IMG/VR virus record: IMGVR_UViG_2772190661_000001
Coordinates: 63,706-127,705 of that record
DNA: 64,000 nt
Reading direction: 5' to 3' (one strand)
From: a virus
Taxonomy: Duplodnaviria > Caudoviricetes
A program made the position numbers and the translations under genes. This document shows positions 47,644-56,612 of this stretch, piece by piece (the first letter of the stretch is position 1; the number at the start of each line of letters is the position of its first letter). The notes under the pieces were generated by a model that worked only from the letters and a program-made list of their open reading frames with translations, made no database searches and was not told the DNA's origin.

Positions 47644-48185
47644 CTTCTCCCCTTTCCCTCCGTGACCAGCAAAGACTAAGGGAGACCCCGGCATCGTCCA
47701 CATGCGGCTGTCACCGCCGCGGTGATCCCCAGACCGTGCCCACGAGCCCATGCCGGGACGAGGCCCCGCGCGCCCGGCGCACCCCGGAGGCCGGCCAGGT
47801 CTCCAGCACGAGCACCCGCGCAGAGGATGGCGCGCTCGGCAAGCGGTCGTCGTGGACGCGGCCGATCGGACGGCCAGCACGCGCAGCAGGACCTTTAACC
47901 CAACCCGCGGGATAGCGACCCGGCGGGGGGGGCGAGTCGATCAACAGCCCCGGCCCAGACCGCCCGACCCGGACGAAGCCCGGCTCCAGCTCGACCCGGC
48001 GCCGAGCGCCGCCCGCCCACCGAGAGCTGGACCGGAGGGGCACGCCCGGGTTTCACTCGAACGAGATCCCGACGCCCTAGTCGGACAATACGATAAACCT
48101 TCACGTTCCGGCATGCCCGGCCTGGGCATCCTGCACCAACCGGGTCAGCCGCTGGCCATCCTCGCGCACGGTCTACTTGCCCACC

Positions 48186-48600
48186 TCAGAGATCGAGCTG
48201 GTGCGAGCCGATGGTGACCTTCACGGGGCGGTGATCCGAGACCGGCGCCGTGTCCCGCCTGCCGGCGCCGAAGCCGTCGTGGTCTGCGCCGGTGACCGGC
48301 AGGCCGGTCACCGCGGCGCCGGGCAGGTGGTAGGTGGCGTACCAGCGGTCGATCCGGCGGCCCGATCGGTAGCGGCCCTTCGCATCGTGGATCGTGGCCG
48401 CCGAGGGAACACCGGCCAGCAGCGCGCAGTCGCGCATCCCGACCCGCTGTGGGGATTCCAGCCGGGCCGCCGCCCTCCGATCGGCCCGGTCCTGCCCGTC
48501 CAGCTGGTGCACGTGCTGCGGATGCCACGTCGCGTGCATGTACGGGGTCGTCGTCGTACTTGACCCGGCCGTCGTCGGGCAGCGGCGTGGCCGCCGAGCA
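48186..48600 (-). pseudogene. Endonuclease/exonuclease/phosphatase (EEP) C-terminal fragment
   Basis: RRIDRWYAT and SDHRPV motifs; no N-terminal half. Confidence 0.6.
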
Positions 48601-48614
48601 CGGTGGTGTGCAGG

Positions 48615-49034
48615 TCATTTCGGCAGTGTGGGCTTCATCGGTCCGGCCTTCGGTGAAACCAGGTCCGGTCGTAGTGCCGTGCCTTCAGCGGCCAGTGATC
48701 CGACGGCGTCCGCCCACCACCACAACCCCGTGCCGATCCCTACGCGCGGCGCCTCAGCCGACAGTCCGGGGCCGCGCATCCGCTTCAACTCGACACCGGG
48801 AATCAGCACCAAAATGTCGCGGCCGTCGGACATCCGTACCCGCCAGGCGAACCATCCACCCGCGTCGGCGCCGGCATCCCGTTCCGGATCTCCCTCGATC
48901 TCTGCCACACGATGCTTGACTACGGTGACGTCCATGTCCTGTTCGCGTGCGCGGACATCCGCGAGCAGCGTGGTAAGCGCGGCCGCGGCGAGTTGCTCGG
49001 TGGCGCCTTCGATCTCATCCCCCGGTTTGATCAT
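48615..49034 (-). CDS. Hypothetical protein
   Basis: 139-aa ORF with plausible codon usage. Confidence 0.5.
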   Translation of the reverse strand: MIKPGDEIEGATEQLAAAALTTLLADVRAREQDMDVTVVKHRVAEIEGDPERDAGADAGGWFAWRVRMSDGRDILVLIPGVELKRMRGPGLSAEAPRVGIGTGLWWWADAVGSLAAEGTALRPDLVSPKAGPMKPTLPK

Positions 49035-49112
49035 GAACCGACCCTACGAGACACGACCGTCCCCGCACCAGGTGACGCACGACCCCGCCCACCGCGTGAC
49101 CAGCAGAAGTGT

Positions 49113-50339
49113 TCACGACGCGTCGCTGTCCCGGCCGTACCATGCGGCGTGTTCGTCGTAGGTGATCTGGTGGGCGAGGCAGTGGTGCAGCTGGCCGAGG
49201 AAGCGGCTGTAGACGCGGCGCAGCGCGGCGGCGTGCCGGTCACCGGCGGCTTTGCGCTGGTCGTAGAGGGCACGGGCGCCGGGTGAGGCGCGCAGGGAGG
49301 CGTAGGCCCACAGGTGGCCGGTTTCGGCGAGGATCGTGTTGGTGTGGCGGCGGTGGCGGATGCGCGTGTGGCTGCCGCTGGCCCAGGTCAGCGGGGCGGC
49401 GCCGGCGTAGGCGCGCAGCGCGCGGGCGGTGGCGAATCGGGTGAGGTCGTCGCCGAGTTCGCCGAGGAGTCGTGGGGCCAGGTGCGGTCCGAGGCCGGGG
49501 AAGCTGGTGTAGATCGGCGCGTGCGGGTGGCTGTCGAACAGCCGGTTGGTGTGCTGCTGGAGACGGTCGCCGGCGTCGAGTGCGGTGGCGATCTGGTCGA
49601 GGAGTGCGCCGGTGATCGCCGCGCTGGCCGCGGTGACCTCGGCGTGCTCGTGCAGGGCGGGGGCGTGGAAGACCTCGTGCAGGCGGACAGCTTCGCCAGC
49701 GACCCCGCGGACCCGGCCGGAGCGCTCCAGCAGGCGCTCGAGGCGGCGCACGGTGAGGCGGCGCGCCGCCGCCGGGCTGGGCGCGATCCGCAGGATGAGC
49801 CGGGGTGCGGGGCGTTGGAGAGCGCTGCGGCCGGGCCAGGCGACGGCCACGGCGGGGAAGTACGTGGTCAGGTGGGCGCGGAGCTGGCTGGTGTGCAGCC
49901 GTGCGTTGTGGCTGGTGCGGCGTTGGGCGCGTACTGCGGTGCGGATCGCGCGGACCGCGGGTGTGATGTCCGGGGCCGGCCGGCAGGGGGCGGTCGCGAC
50001 GACGTGGGCGAGCAGGACGGCGTCGCCGCGATCAGATTTACGGCCCGGGTTGCCGTGCCGGGTCCGGTGGGCGTGGGCCTGCTGCGGTGGGATCGGGACG
50101 ATCCGGGCGCCGTGCTGGCGCAGGAAGGTCACGAGGAGACCGTCGTTCGTCTCGATGCCGATCGGGATGCGCCGCCACATGCGGTGCACGCCGGCGAGGG
50201 CGTCGATGAGCTGGGTGAGCCCGTCGGTGGTGTGCGGTACCCGCAGTTGCAGGACCGGTTCGGTGGGGCTGATGACGGCGAGGTCGTGGTGGGTGGTGGA
50301 CCAGTCGATCCCGGCCCACAGCTGCCGTGCGCTGCTCAT
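49113..50339 (-). CDS. IS110-family DEDD recombinase/transposase
   Basis: AGIDWS, IGIET, KSDRGDA (DEDD), SFPGLG, YAGAAP.TWASG (Ser loop). Confidence 0.92.
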   Translation of the reverse strand: MSSARQLWAGIDWSTTHHDLAVISPTEPVLQLRVPHTTDGLTQLIDALAGVHRMWRRIPIGIETNDGLLVTFLRQHGARIVPIPPQQAHAHRTRHGNPGRKSDRGDAVLLAHVVATAPCRPAPDITPAVRAIRTAVRAQRRTSHNARLHTSQLRAHLTTYFPAVAVAWPGRSALQRPAPRLILRIAPSPAAARRLTVRRLERLLERSGRVRGVAGEAVRLHEVFHAPALHEHAEVTAASAAITGALLDQIATALDAGDRLQQHTNRLFDSHPHAPIYTSFPGLGPHLAPRLLGELGDDLTRFATARALRAYAGAAPLTWASGSHTRIRHRRHTNTILAETGHLWAYASLRASPGARALYDQRKAAGDRHAAALRRVYSRFLGQLHHCLAHQITYDEHAAWYGRDSDAS

Positions 50340-50499
50340 GATGGTGGTCCTGTCGTCGTGTGGGGTGCCGGTCCGGGCGCGCGATCTCACGGAAGAGCTC
50401 AAGGGCTCGGGATCTCAATAGGCGTCTCCCGGACCGGCACGTCTCACCACCCGCGGTGCCGCCGCAGCCGTTTCCTGGTGTGGCGGGCCGCCGCAGGGG

Positions 50500-51519
50500 T
50501 TAGATGGTGGTGCCGTGGCTGGCACGGAGCCGGCCGGCGAGCGGCGCGTAGTCGGGGAGCCAGTCGCCGAGCCGGTGCAGGGCCGGGCGGTCGCCGCGGT
50601 GGGTGCCGAGCACGACCAGACCACGCGGGGCGTCGGGAAGTGCTTCGGTGCTGCCGTCGGGGCGCAGCCGGTACGCGGGCCGGGTGCTGTCCGGGGCCTG
50701 GATCGACATGAGCGTGCCGTCGCCGGGAATCCAGCGGATCGTGTGCCCGTCCAGCAGCGTCGTACGGAAGGTGTCCGACGCGGTGCTGGCAGGGCACGGG
50801 GCGGGCCGGCGCGCGGCCGCGACGATGCGGGCGATCTCCGTGCTCCCGGTGACCGGCGCGGCCCGGCCGGCGCGGGACAGGATGATGCGATCCGGCTGGT
50901 CCCGGTGCCGGGCTGCCTCGAGGTCGTCCCACAGCCACACCTGCGTGGTGCCGGAGACGAAGACCGGGCCGATGTCCGGCTGGCGGCCGTCGACCGGCAC
51001 TTGCAGGTCCTGCACGACGACCGCACCCGCCCCGGGTATCCGGCGCTGGCGGGTCATCACCCGCAGCCGGCCGGAGGTACGTGCGTGGGCCTCGGCGAGA
51101 TTGGCGAACGTCTCCAGGCCGCGGTCGGCCGAAACGCTGTCGTAGCGGGTGTCCGCCTGCCAGGTCTCGGGGATCCACCAGCCGAACACGCGCGGGCCGG
51201 GCAGGCGCCGGAATCCGCACAGTGGGCAGCGTGCCCGGTGCTGCTGTCGGTAGCGGACCGGCCCGAGTAGAGGTCCGCCGCCGGTCATCAGCTGCTGCAG
51301 CTGCCACCGGAAGATCTCGATCTCCAGGCTGCTGCCGTCGACCGCTTCCAGCGTGCGCGGCCGCCCGGTGACCGGATCGCGGACCTCCGCGATCGTCACC
51401 CGCTGCACGATCGGACAGTGCCCGTCCGGCAGCGCATCGGCGGGCGGGCGGGTCGGGTGGAGGATGGTCACGTGCTGCTCCCCTTGGGCGTACTCGCGTA
51501 CGAGCTGGTGGCACAGCAC
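50500..51519 (-). CDS. Hypothetical protein (CPLC)
   Basis: 339-aa ORF with element-like codon usage. Confidence 0.5.
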   Translation of the reverse strand: MLCHQLVREYAQGEQHVTILHPTRPPADALPDGHCPIVQRVTIAEVRDPVTGRPRTLEAVDGSSLEIEIFRWQLQQLMTGGGPLLGPVRYRQQHRARCPLCGFRRLPGPRVFGWWIPETWQADTRYDSVSADRGLETFANLAEAHARTSGRLRVMTRQRRIPGAGAVVVQDLQVPVDGRQPDIGPVFVSGTTQVWLWDDLEAARHRDQPDRIILSRAGRAAPVTGSTEIARIVAAARRPAPCPASTASDTFRTTLLDGHTIRWIPGDGTLMSIQAPDSTRPAYRLRPDGSTEALPDAPRGLVVLGTHRGDRPALHRLGDWLPDYAPLAGRLRASHGTTI

Positions 51520-51658
51520 ACCGCTACACCACCATGATCAGACAAGGGATCCTCGGCGTCAGACCGTCACCGGGTCTGGGCCGCTATCGGCACCATGGCC
51601 GCAGAGCACGCATAAATATCCTCGCGGCTGACTCCACCGCGCTACGCCGCCACCATAG

Positions 51659-51690
51659 CGATCCCGGCGCCCCTCGATCCCGGCGCCCCT
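51659..51690. repeat. Tandem 16-bp direct repeat with a third degenerate copy
   Basis: CGATCCCGGCGCCCCT x2; CGATCCCGGCAGCCCT at 51951-51966. Confidence 0.75.
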
Positions 51691-52066
51691 CGCGCTACCC
51701 GTCAGCGCTCGCCCTGGCCGTCGATTCGTCCGACGCCGTTCAGCTGCCATCGTGGGACCAGATGCAGCCTTTCCGCCCTATCGACGGAGCGCCTCGCCGG
51801 CGAGGCAGGCCTCCGGGATGGACGACTTCACGTTCCACACCTCGTCCGTGGTGGCGAACTGGACGATCCATCCTGTCGGCCCGCCAAAGGGCTACCACAC
51901 CAGCGTCAGGGCAACCAGGACGCTACGCGCCGCTTCGCGGTCGCCTTCGGCGATCCCGGCAGCCCTGACGCTGGCGCGGTAGATCGAAGATCAGGCCGAC
52001 GGGATGGATCTCTCACCCAGCACAAGAATGCAAGATCAACAGCCTCGGGTCGCTACGTGGTGCAAA

Positions 52067-52128
52067 TTGACGCCCGACCCAAAACAAGGTATATTAGTAG
52101 TTATCGCATCGGGATGGCAAGCCCTGCG
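52067..52128 (+). promoter_or_regulatory. Conserved promoter + hairpin leader, copy 1
   Basis: TTGACG-N17(..AAACAAGG)-TATATT-AGTAG; GGG-ATGGCAAG-CCC hairpin. Confidence 0.85.
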
Positions 52129-52164
52129 CGACCAGCAAGACACCATCGACCGAAAGGCAACCTC

Positions 52165-53310
52165 ATGTCGGCCCTTCTGCACGAACTCCAGCAGCCGTTG
52201 CGGCTCGCCGCGCTGCCAACCCTCGTGGAGACCCTGCGCATCCGGCAGGAGCGCAAGATCGATGCCGTGCTCCCCGCGAGCGCCATCTGCGCCGAGGACG
52301 GCGATCTGCGGCTCCGGGACACTGAAAGCCTGCTCACCCCGGAGGGCGTAACCCGTACCAGCGGCCTGTACGCGCCCACCAGCATCTGCGACAGCACCTT
52401 GTCCTCGAAGCTGGCGATTCCGCTGCCGTACCTGCGGAAGATGCGCGCCGAGGACACGGGCTTGCTCGATACCAACATCAACACGTGGCTTCGCCGTCTC
52501 GAAGACCGCCGCTTCCTGGTCCGCTGCTTCTCCGACGGCCCGGACGGTGTCGGTGTCGCCCGCGCCGTCCTCTCGACCAACTACAAGATCATCGATCACA
52601 CCGATGTGCTATTCGCGGTGCTACGCGGCATCAAGGAATCGGGGATGGCGGTCACCGCTACGGCGGACCTGACCGAGCGGCGGATGACTGTGAGGGTGCA
52701 GTCGGAGGAGATCCGAGCGCTCGCCCCGGCGTTGCTGCGCCGGTATCGGTCGCCATTCAGCGACGCCACCGGCGCCGACGATCCCACGGTGTTCGCCGGG
52801 TTCGTGTTCACCAACGGCGAGACCGGCGCGAGCCGATGGACCGTGACGCCGCGGATCGTGGTGCGGGTCTGCTCCAACGGCATGACCATGAACGAGGACA
52901 TGATCGGTGCTGTCCATCTCGGCGCGGAGCTGGCCGATACCGGTGTGATCGCCTGGTCTGAGGACACGCGGGCGGCGAACCTGACGCTCATCGTGAAGCA
53001 GGCCCGCGACGCCGTGCGCAGCTTCCTGGACGTGGATTACGTCACGCGGAAGCTGACCGAGATCGAGAGGAAGGCAGGACGGGAGATCAGCGACCCCCAG
53101 GCCGCGATCCAGGTCGTCTCCCAGCGGCTGCGGTTCACCGCCGACGAGCAGCGGGAGATCCTCAACCACTTCATCGCTGGCGGAGACCGGACGGCCGGCG
53201 GGGTCATGCACGCGGTGACGAGCACCGCGCAGACACTGACCGATCCTGACGCCGCCTTCGCCATGGAGATGCAGGGCGTGCGGGCGATGGAGATCGCCGC
53301 GACCGCCTGA
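52165..53310 (+). CDS. DUF932 domain protein
   Basis: KLAIP..Y, FLVRCF, ARAVLSTNY, NGETG, VCSNG, HLG motifs. Confidence 0.85.
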   Translation: MSALLHELQQPLRLAALPTLVETLRIRQERKIDAVLPASAICAEDGDLRLRDTESLLTPEGVTRTSGLYAPTSICDSTLSSKLAIPLPYLRKMRAEDTGLLDTNINTWLRRLEDRRFLVRCFSDGPDGVGVARAVLSTNYKIIDHTDVLFAVLRGIKESGMAVTATADLTERRMTVRVQSEEIRALAPALLRRYRSPFSDATGADDPTVFAGFVFTNGETGASRWTVTPRIVVRVCSNGMTMNEDMIGAVHLGAELADTGVIAWSEDTRAANLTLIVKQARDAVRSFLDVDYVTRKLTEIERKAGREISDPQAAIQVVSQRLRFTADEQREILNHFIAGGDRTAGGVMHAVTSTAQTLTDPDAAFAMEMQGVRAMEIAATA

Positions 53311-53315
53311 ACGCC

Positions 53316-53349
53316 GCCACCCCCGGAGCCAGTGCGCTCCGGGGGTGGC
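53316..53349 (+). terminator. 14-bp GC stem-loop after DUF932
   Basis: GCCACCCCCGGAGC-N6-GCTCCGGGGGTGGC. Confidence 0.65.
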
Positions 53350-53414
53350 CCGCGCCCATCCCGTCGCCGTCACGCATGGCCTTGAACAGGCCACCCTCGA
53401 TCATCGGAGTTACC

Positions 53415-54002
53415 GTGCCCACATCTCTACGCATCGCCGTTCCTCACGGCGTGCAGCTACCGCGAACCCTGACCGAAGCCGACGCCGTCGACCTGGTGAG
53501 CAGGCTCGCAGAACACTACGGATGGTCATACCAGCTCTTTGGCCGAGGCGTCGTCGAAGAGCACCTGGCCGTCAACCGCGACCACCCGGCGGAAAGCAAG
53601 TCCCGGCATCGCCTGAGCGAGCAGCAGTGGCGCCGCGTGCGGAAGACCGCAGCCTGGCGGTCGGTACGCAGGGTCGGCATCCGCGCCGTCGTCGAGGCGG
53701 GCCTGCTCGATGCGGCCGTCCGGCAGGCGGGTCTGGAATGCCTCGCGTGCGGTGCCGCGCTGGACGCCGCGCCCGATCTGACCTGGAGTCATTGCGCCTC
53801 GTGCCTGGTGCGCACCGACCTTGGCACCCTCCAGCAGGCGCGCTGCCCTGCCACCGCGGCCGAAAAAGCGCACCAGTTCGCAGAGTCGAGGTGTGTCCGT
53901 TGCGGGATCCCCGCCCCCGAGACGCCATCGCAGTCCAGAGTCGAGCCGGTGCCGGATGATCCGGCCACGCGGCACCTGACGGTCGTACCCGACGCCGCCT
54001 GA
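53415..54002 (+). CDS. Zn-ribbon hypothetical protein
   Basis: GGAG + GTG; CLAC, CASC, C...H...CVRC. Confidence 0.6.
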   Translation: MPTSLRIAVPHGVQLPRTLTEADAVDLVSRLAEHYGWSYQLFGRGVVEEHLAVNRDHPAESKSRHRLSEQQWRRVRKTAAWRSVRRVGIRAVVEAGLLDAAVRQAGLECLACGAALDAAPDLTWSHCASCLVRTDLGTLQQARCPATAAEKAHQFAESRCVRCGIPAPETPSQSRVEPVPDDPATRHLTVVPDAA

Positions 54003-54137
54003 GGCACCCGGAACGCCCCCGACTTCCCCCAGTGGCGAAAGGGGCTGCTGGCCGCTTGCCGCTTCCACTCGGCCAGCAGCCCCGCCCGCCGATGCCTCAT
54101 CCGCCCATCATGGCGGACCGATTCTCGGAGAGTCACT

Positions 54138-54749
54138 ATGCAGCACGTCATCGGTACGAACAGGTGCATCACGGTGCCGGACATCATCGCGAAGCTGGCC
54201 GCGCGAGGGGTTCCGGAGCACGTCATGGAGGTGTGGCAACAGCCCCCGGGATGTCCGATGCTGGCAATCGGCCCGCGCACGCCCTCCGGCCACTTCCGCG
54301 TGATTCTCGGCAGAGTTCACCTCGGCGACCCGCCATACGTCGCGCTTGGCGAGGGCGTCGCCGCGATGCGCGACAACGACGGCACCACCGAGGACGCCAT
54401 CACGTTCACCGATCAGGACACCGCCTCCACCATCGCCGCCCGGGTGCACACGCTGCTTCACGCCCCGGGCGTGTGCGCCGACTGCGGCTGGAGTCAGGGG
54501 GCCGGCCACTTCGACGGCTGCTTCACCCCCTTCACCCGCGCAGCGCGCATCACCGCCGACGCGCTGCGCGCGCTCGCGCGGGTATTCGACGATGCGCAGC
54601 TGATGGCCCGAGACGGCAACGAGCTGGCCGCGCGGATCGGCGTGGCGTACCCATTTGGAGCCGCACTGCACGAGGTCGCCGCCGCAGCGCAGACGTGGGC
54701 CGGCGCGCTGACAGACATCCCGTCCTCGCAGGATGACATGGCGGCATGA
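54138..54749 (+). CDS. Hypothetical protein
   Basis: GGAG RBS; CADC...H..C. Confidence 0.65.
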   Translation: MQHVIGTNRCITVPDIIAKLAARGVPEHVMEVWQQPPGCPMLAIGPRTPSGHFRVILGRVHLGDPPYVALGEGVAAMRDNDGTTEDAITFTDQDTASTIAARVHTLLHAPGVCADCGWSQGAGHFDGCFTPFTRAARITADALRALARVFDDAQLMARDGNELAARIGVAYPFGAALHEVAAAAQTWAGALTDIPSSQDDMAA

Positions 54750-55091
54750 ACCGGCTGGCGCGGCTCCTTTAACGAGTCAGTCCCGTAGACCGGAGCGGCC
54801 TTCGGCCGCGCTGCCTTACCCTTTCTCGGCCACCGGCTGCGCCGGAAGTGTGGGTGCTGGCCATCGTCAGTCAAATCCGGGACGGGCGAGCAAAACATCA
54901 TGCGGAAGAACACATGATCTTTTGCTCGAAACCCCCGTCCCGGATGTGACAGCCGCCGTCCAGCACCGGAGCGAGCACGCTCGCCCCCCGCCGGCCGAAA
55001 AAGGGCGAGGCCACGAGCCCCAAGTGCGAGCGTTTCGTCGGCACCTTACGCCGCCCGACTCAGACAAAAGAGGCGAACAGGCATAGAAAGG

Positions 55092-55155
55092 TGGACCTCA
55101 GCCCACAAACAAGGTATATTAGTAGCAGCTCGGCAGGGAGGGCAAGCCCAGCCGA
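55092..55155 (+). promoter_or_regulatory. Conserved promoter + hairpin leader, copy 2
   Basis: TGGACC-N17-TATATT-AGTAG; TCGGC..GGG-AGGGCAAG-CCC..GCCGA. Confidence 0.85.
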
Positions 55156-55187
55156 CATCAGCAGGAGACCACCAGAGAAGGACATCC

Positions 55188-55793
55188 ATGGACGAGGGCA
55201 CGAATTCCATCGCCGCATACGTACCGCCATTGCGGGTTCTGCGAGGTCACGTCAGTCGCAGCACCGCATACGAAATCGACGGACACCGGTACGGCGTCCG
55301 GGTCAGCAAGATCCGGTATTGGGTCGAGACCGCTACGCGCGGCCCAAAGCGGCAGCAGCACAGAGTCATGGCGCAGACCACCAACCCGCACCAGCCCGGC
55401 AGCCCGTGGAACAACCCGTGGCCGAAGTCCACGTACTTTCGCTGGGTCATGCTGTGCCTGGACCCGAATGGTCAGATGGAGTGGACCGGAGTTCATGACT
55501 TCGACGTGACTCCGGAATTTGACGCCCGCCTGAAGCTCAGCGGCGTCCACGCCCAACTGACCGACCCGGAGCGGGAGCAGTACGAGGTGCTGGCGGACAA
55601 GTCACGACTGCGTCGCGGGCCCTGGATACAGTTCGCCCGCACCGTGGACGCCGTGGCCGCACACATCGCGGCCACCGGCGAGGACCCGCACACGCACCGT
55701 GGCACCTGGGACAGTCCCGACGGCCCCGTCTTCCTGGGAACCGATCACGTACCGGTCTACCTGGCGAGCGCCCGCTCACGCCCGGCGCATTGA
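55188..55793 (+). CDS. Hypothetical protein (leading-region type)
   Basis: AAGGA RBS; AYEIDG..YG...IRYWVE...QTTNP...WN.P.KSTY. Confidence 0.75.
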   Translation: MDEGTNSIAAYVPPLRVLRGHVSRSTAYEIDGHRYGVRVSKIRYWVETATRGPKRQQHRVMAQTTNPHQPGSPWNNPWPKSTYFRWVMLCLDPNGQMEWTGVHDFDVTPEFDARLKLSGVHAQLTDPEREQYEVLADKSRLRRGPWIQFARTVDAVAAHIAATGEDPHTHRGTWDSPDGPVFLGTDHVPVYLASARSRPAH

Positions 55794-55801
55794 TCATCGC
55801 C

Positions 55802-55831
55802 GCCGCGTCCGGGGCGGGCCCCGGACGCGGC
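55802..55831 (+). terminator. GC stem-loop after the CDS
   Basis: GCCGCGTCCGGGG ... CCCCGGACGCGGC. Confidence 0.6.
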
Positions 55832-55878
55832 ACCACCCACCACACCGGACCATCCACCTGGGGTCTCCATATTCCAGG

Positions 55879-55940
55879 TGGACACGAAATCAAAAACAAG
55901 GTATATTATTAGTTATTGACGGGGAGGCAAGCCCCGCCGA
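55879..55940 (+). promoter_or_regulatory. Conserved promoter + hairpin leader, copy 3
   Basis: TGGACA-N17-TATATT-ATTAG; CGGGG-AGGCAAG-CCCCG. Confidence 0.85.
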
Positions 55941-55971
55941 CACGGCAAGCCACCGCCGAAAGGAACGCGTC

Positions 55972-56445
55972 TTGACGGTCATCGATTTACTTCCCGGTAG
56001 CGCCGAACACGACCCGGCGACCGACCTCTCCGGCGATCGCGGTTTCGCCGACCTGATTCGCGGGCCGCAACCGATGCCCAGGCCCTTGGACACACGGTCG
56101 CTGGAGCTGATCGAGAGCGCCCGCGAGCAGGTGACGCACGCGGTCCGTGAGCTGCTGTGCGACGGTCTCGCGGCAGAGTGCCTGGCGATCCCACTCACCG
56201 ACTGGGAACGGGTCACCCGATTCTGGACGGACGAGTCGATCACTCTTCTCGTCCGGCTCAGTGAGCCCGCCTGCCCGCAGGCCCCCATCGCGGCGGGACT
56301 CGTCGCCGACCTCCGGGCGCTGGTGTCCCTGGTCCTGCACCACCACAACCGGTGGCGAACATGGGCCGAGGTCACGGACGCGGCCGAGCGGACCGCGCAG
56401 CACGCACGGTGGGCCTCCAACAGCATCCACGCCCTCACCAGCTGA
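55972..56445 (+). CDS. Hypothetical protein
   Basis: AAAGGA RBS + TTG start. Confidence 0.6.
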   Translation: MTVIDLLPGSAEHDPATDLSGDRGFADLIRGPQPMPRPLDTRSLELIESAREQVTHAVRELLCDGLAAECLAIPLTDWERVTRFWTDESITLLVRLSEPACPQAPIAAGLVADLRALVSLVLHHHNRWRTWAEVTDAAERTAQHARWASNSIHALTS

Positions 56446-56612
56446 CAGCGGCCGGGCGTCCGAGCCAGCACGGCCCGGACGCCCCCCGGCTCGGCTCGCT
56501 GCTCCTGGCGGAAGCTCCTATGTCCGCCACCGCCCCACGACGACCGGCCCAGATCGGGAGGCAAGCCCGTGACGGAGTCCGGCCAGCAAGAAACCGATTC
56601 CAAGGAGACACC

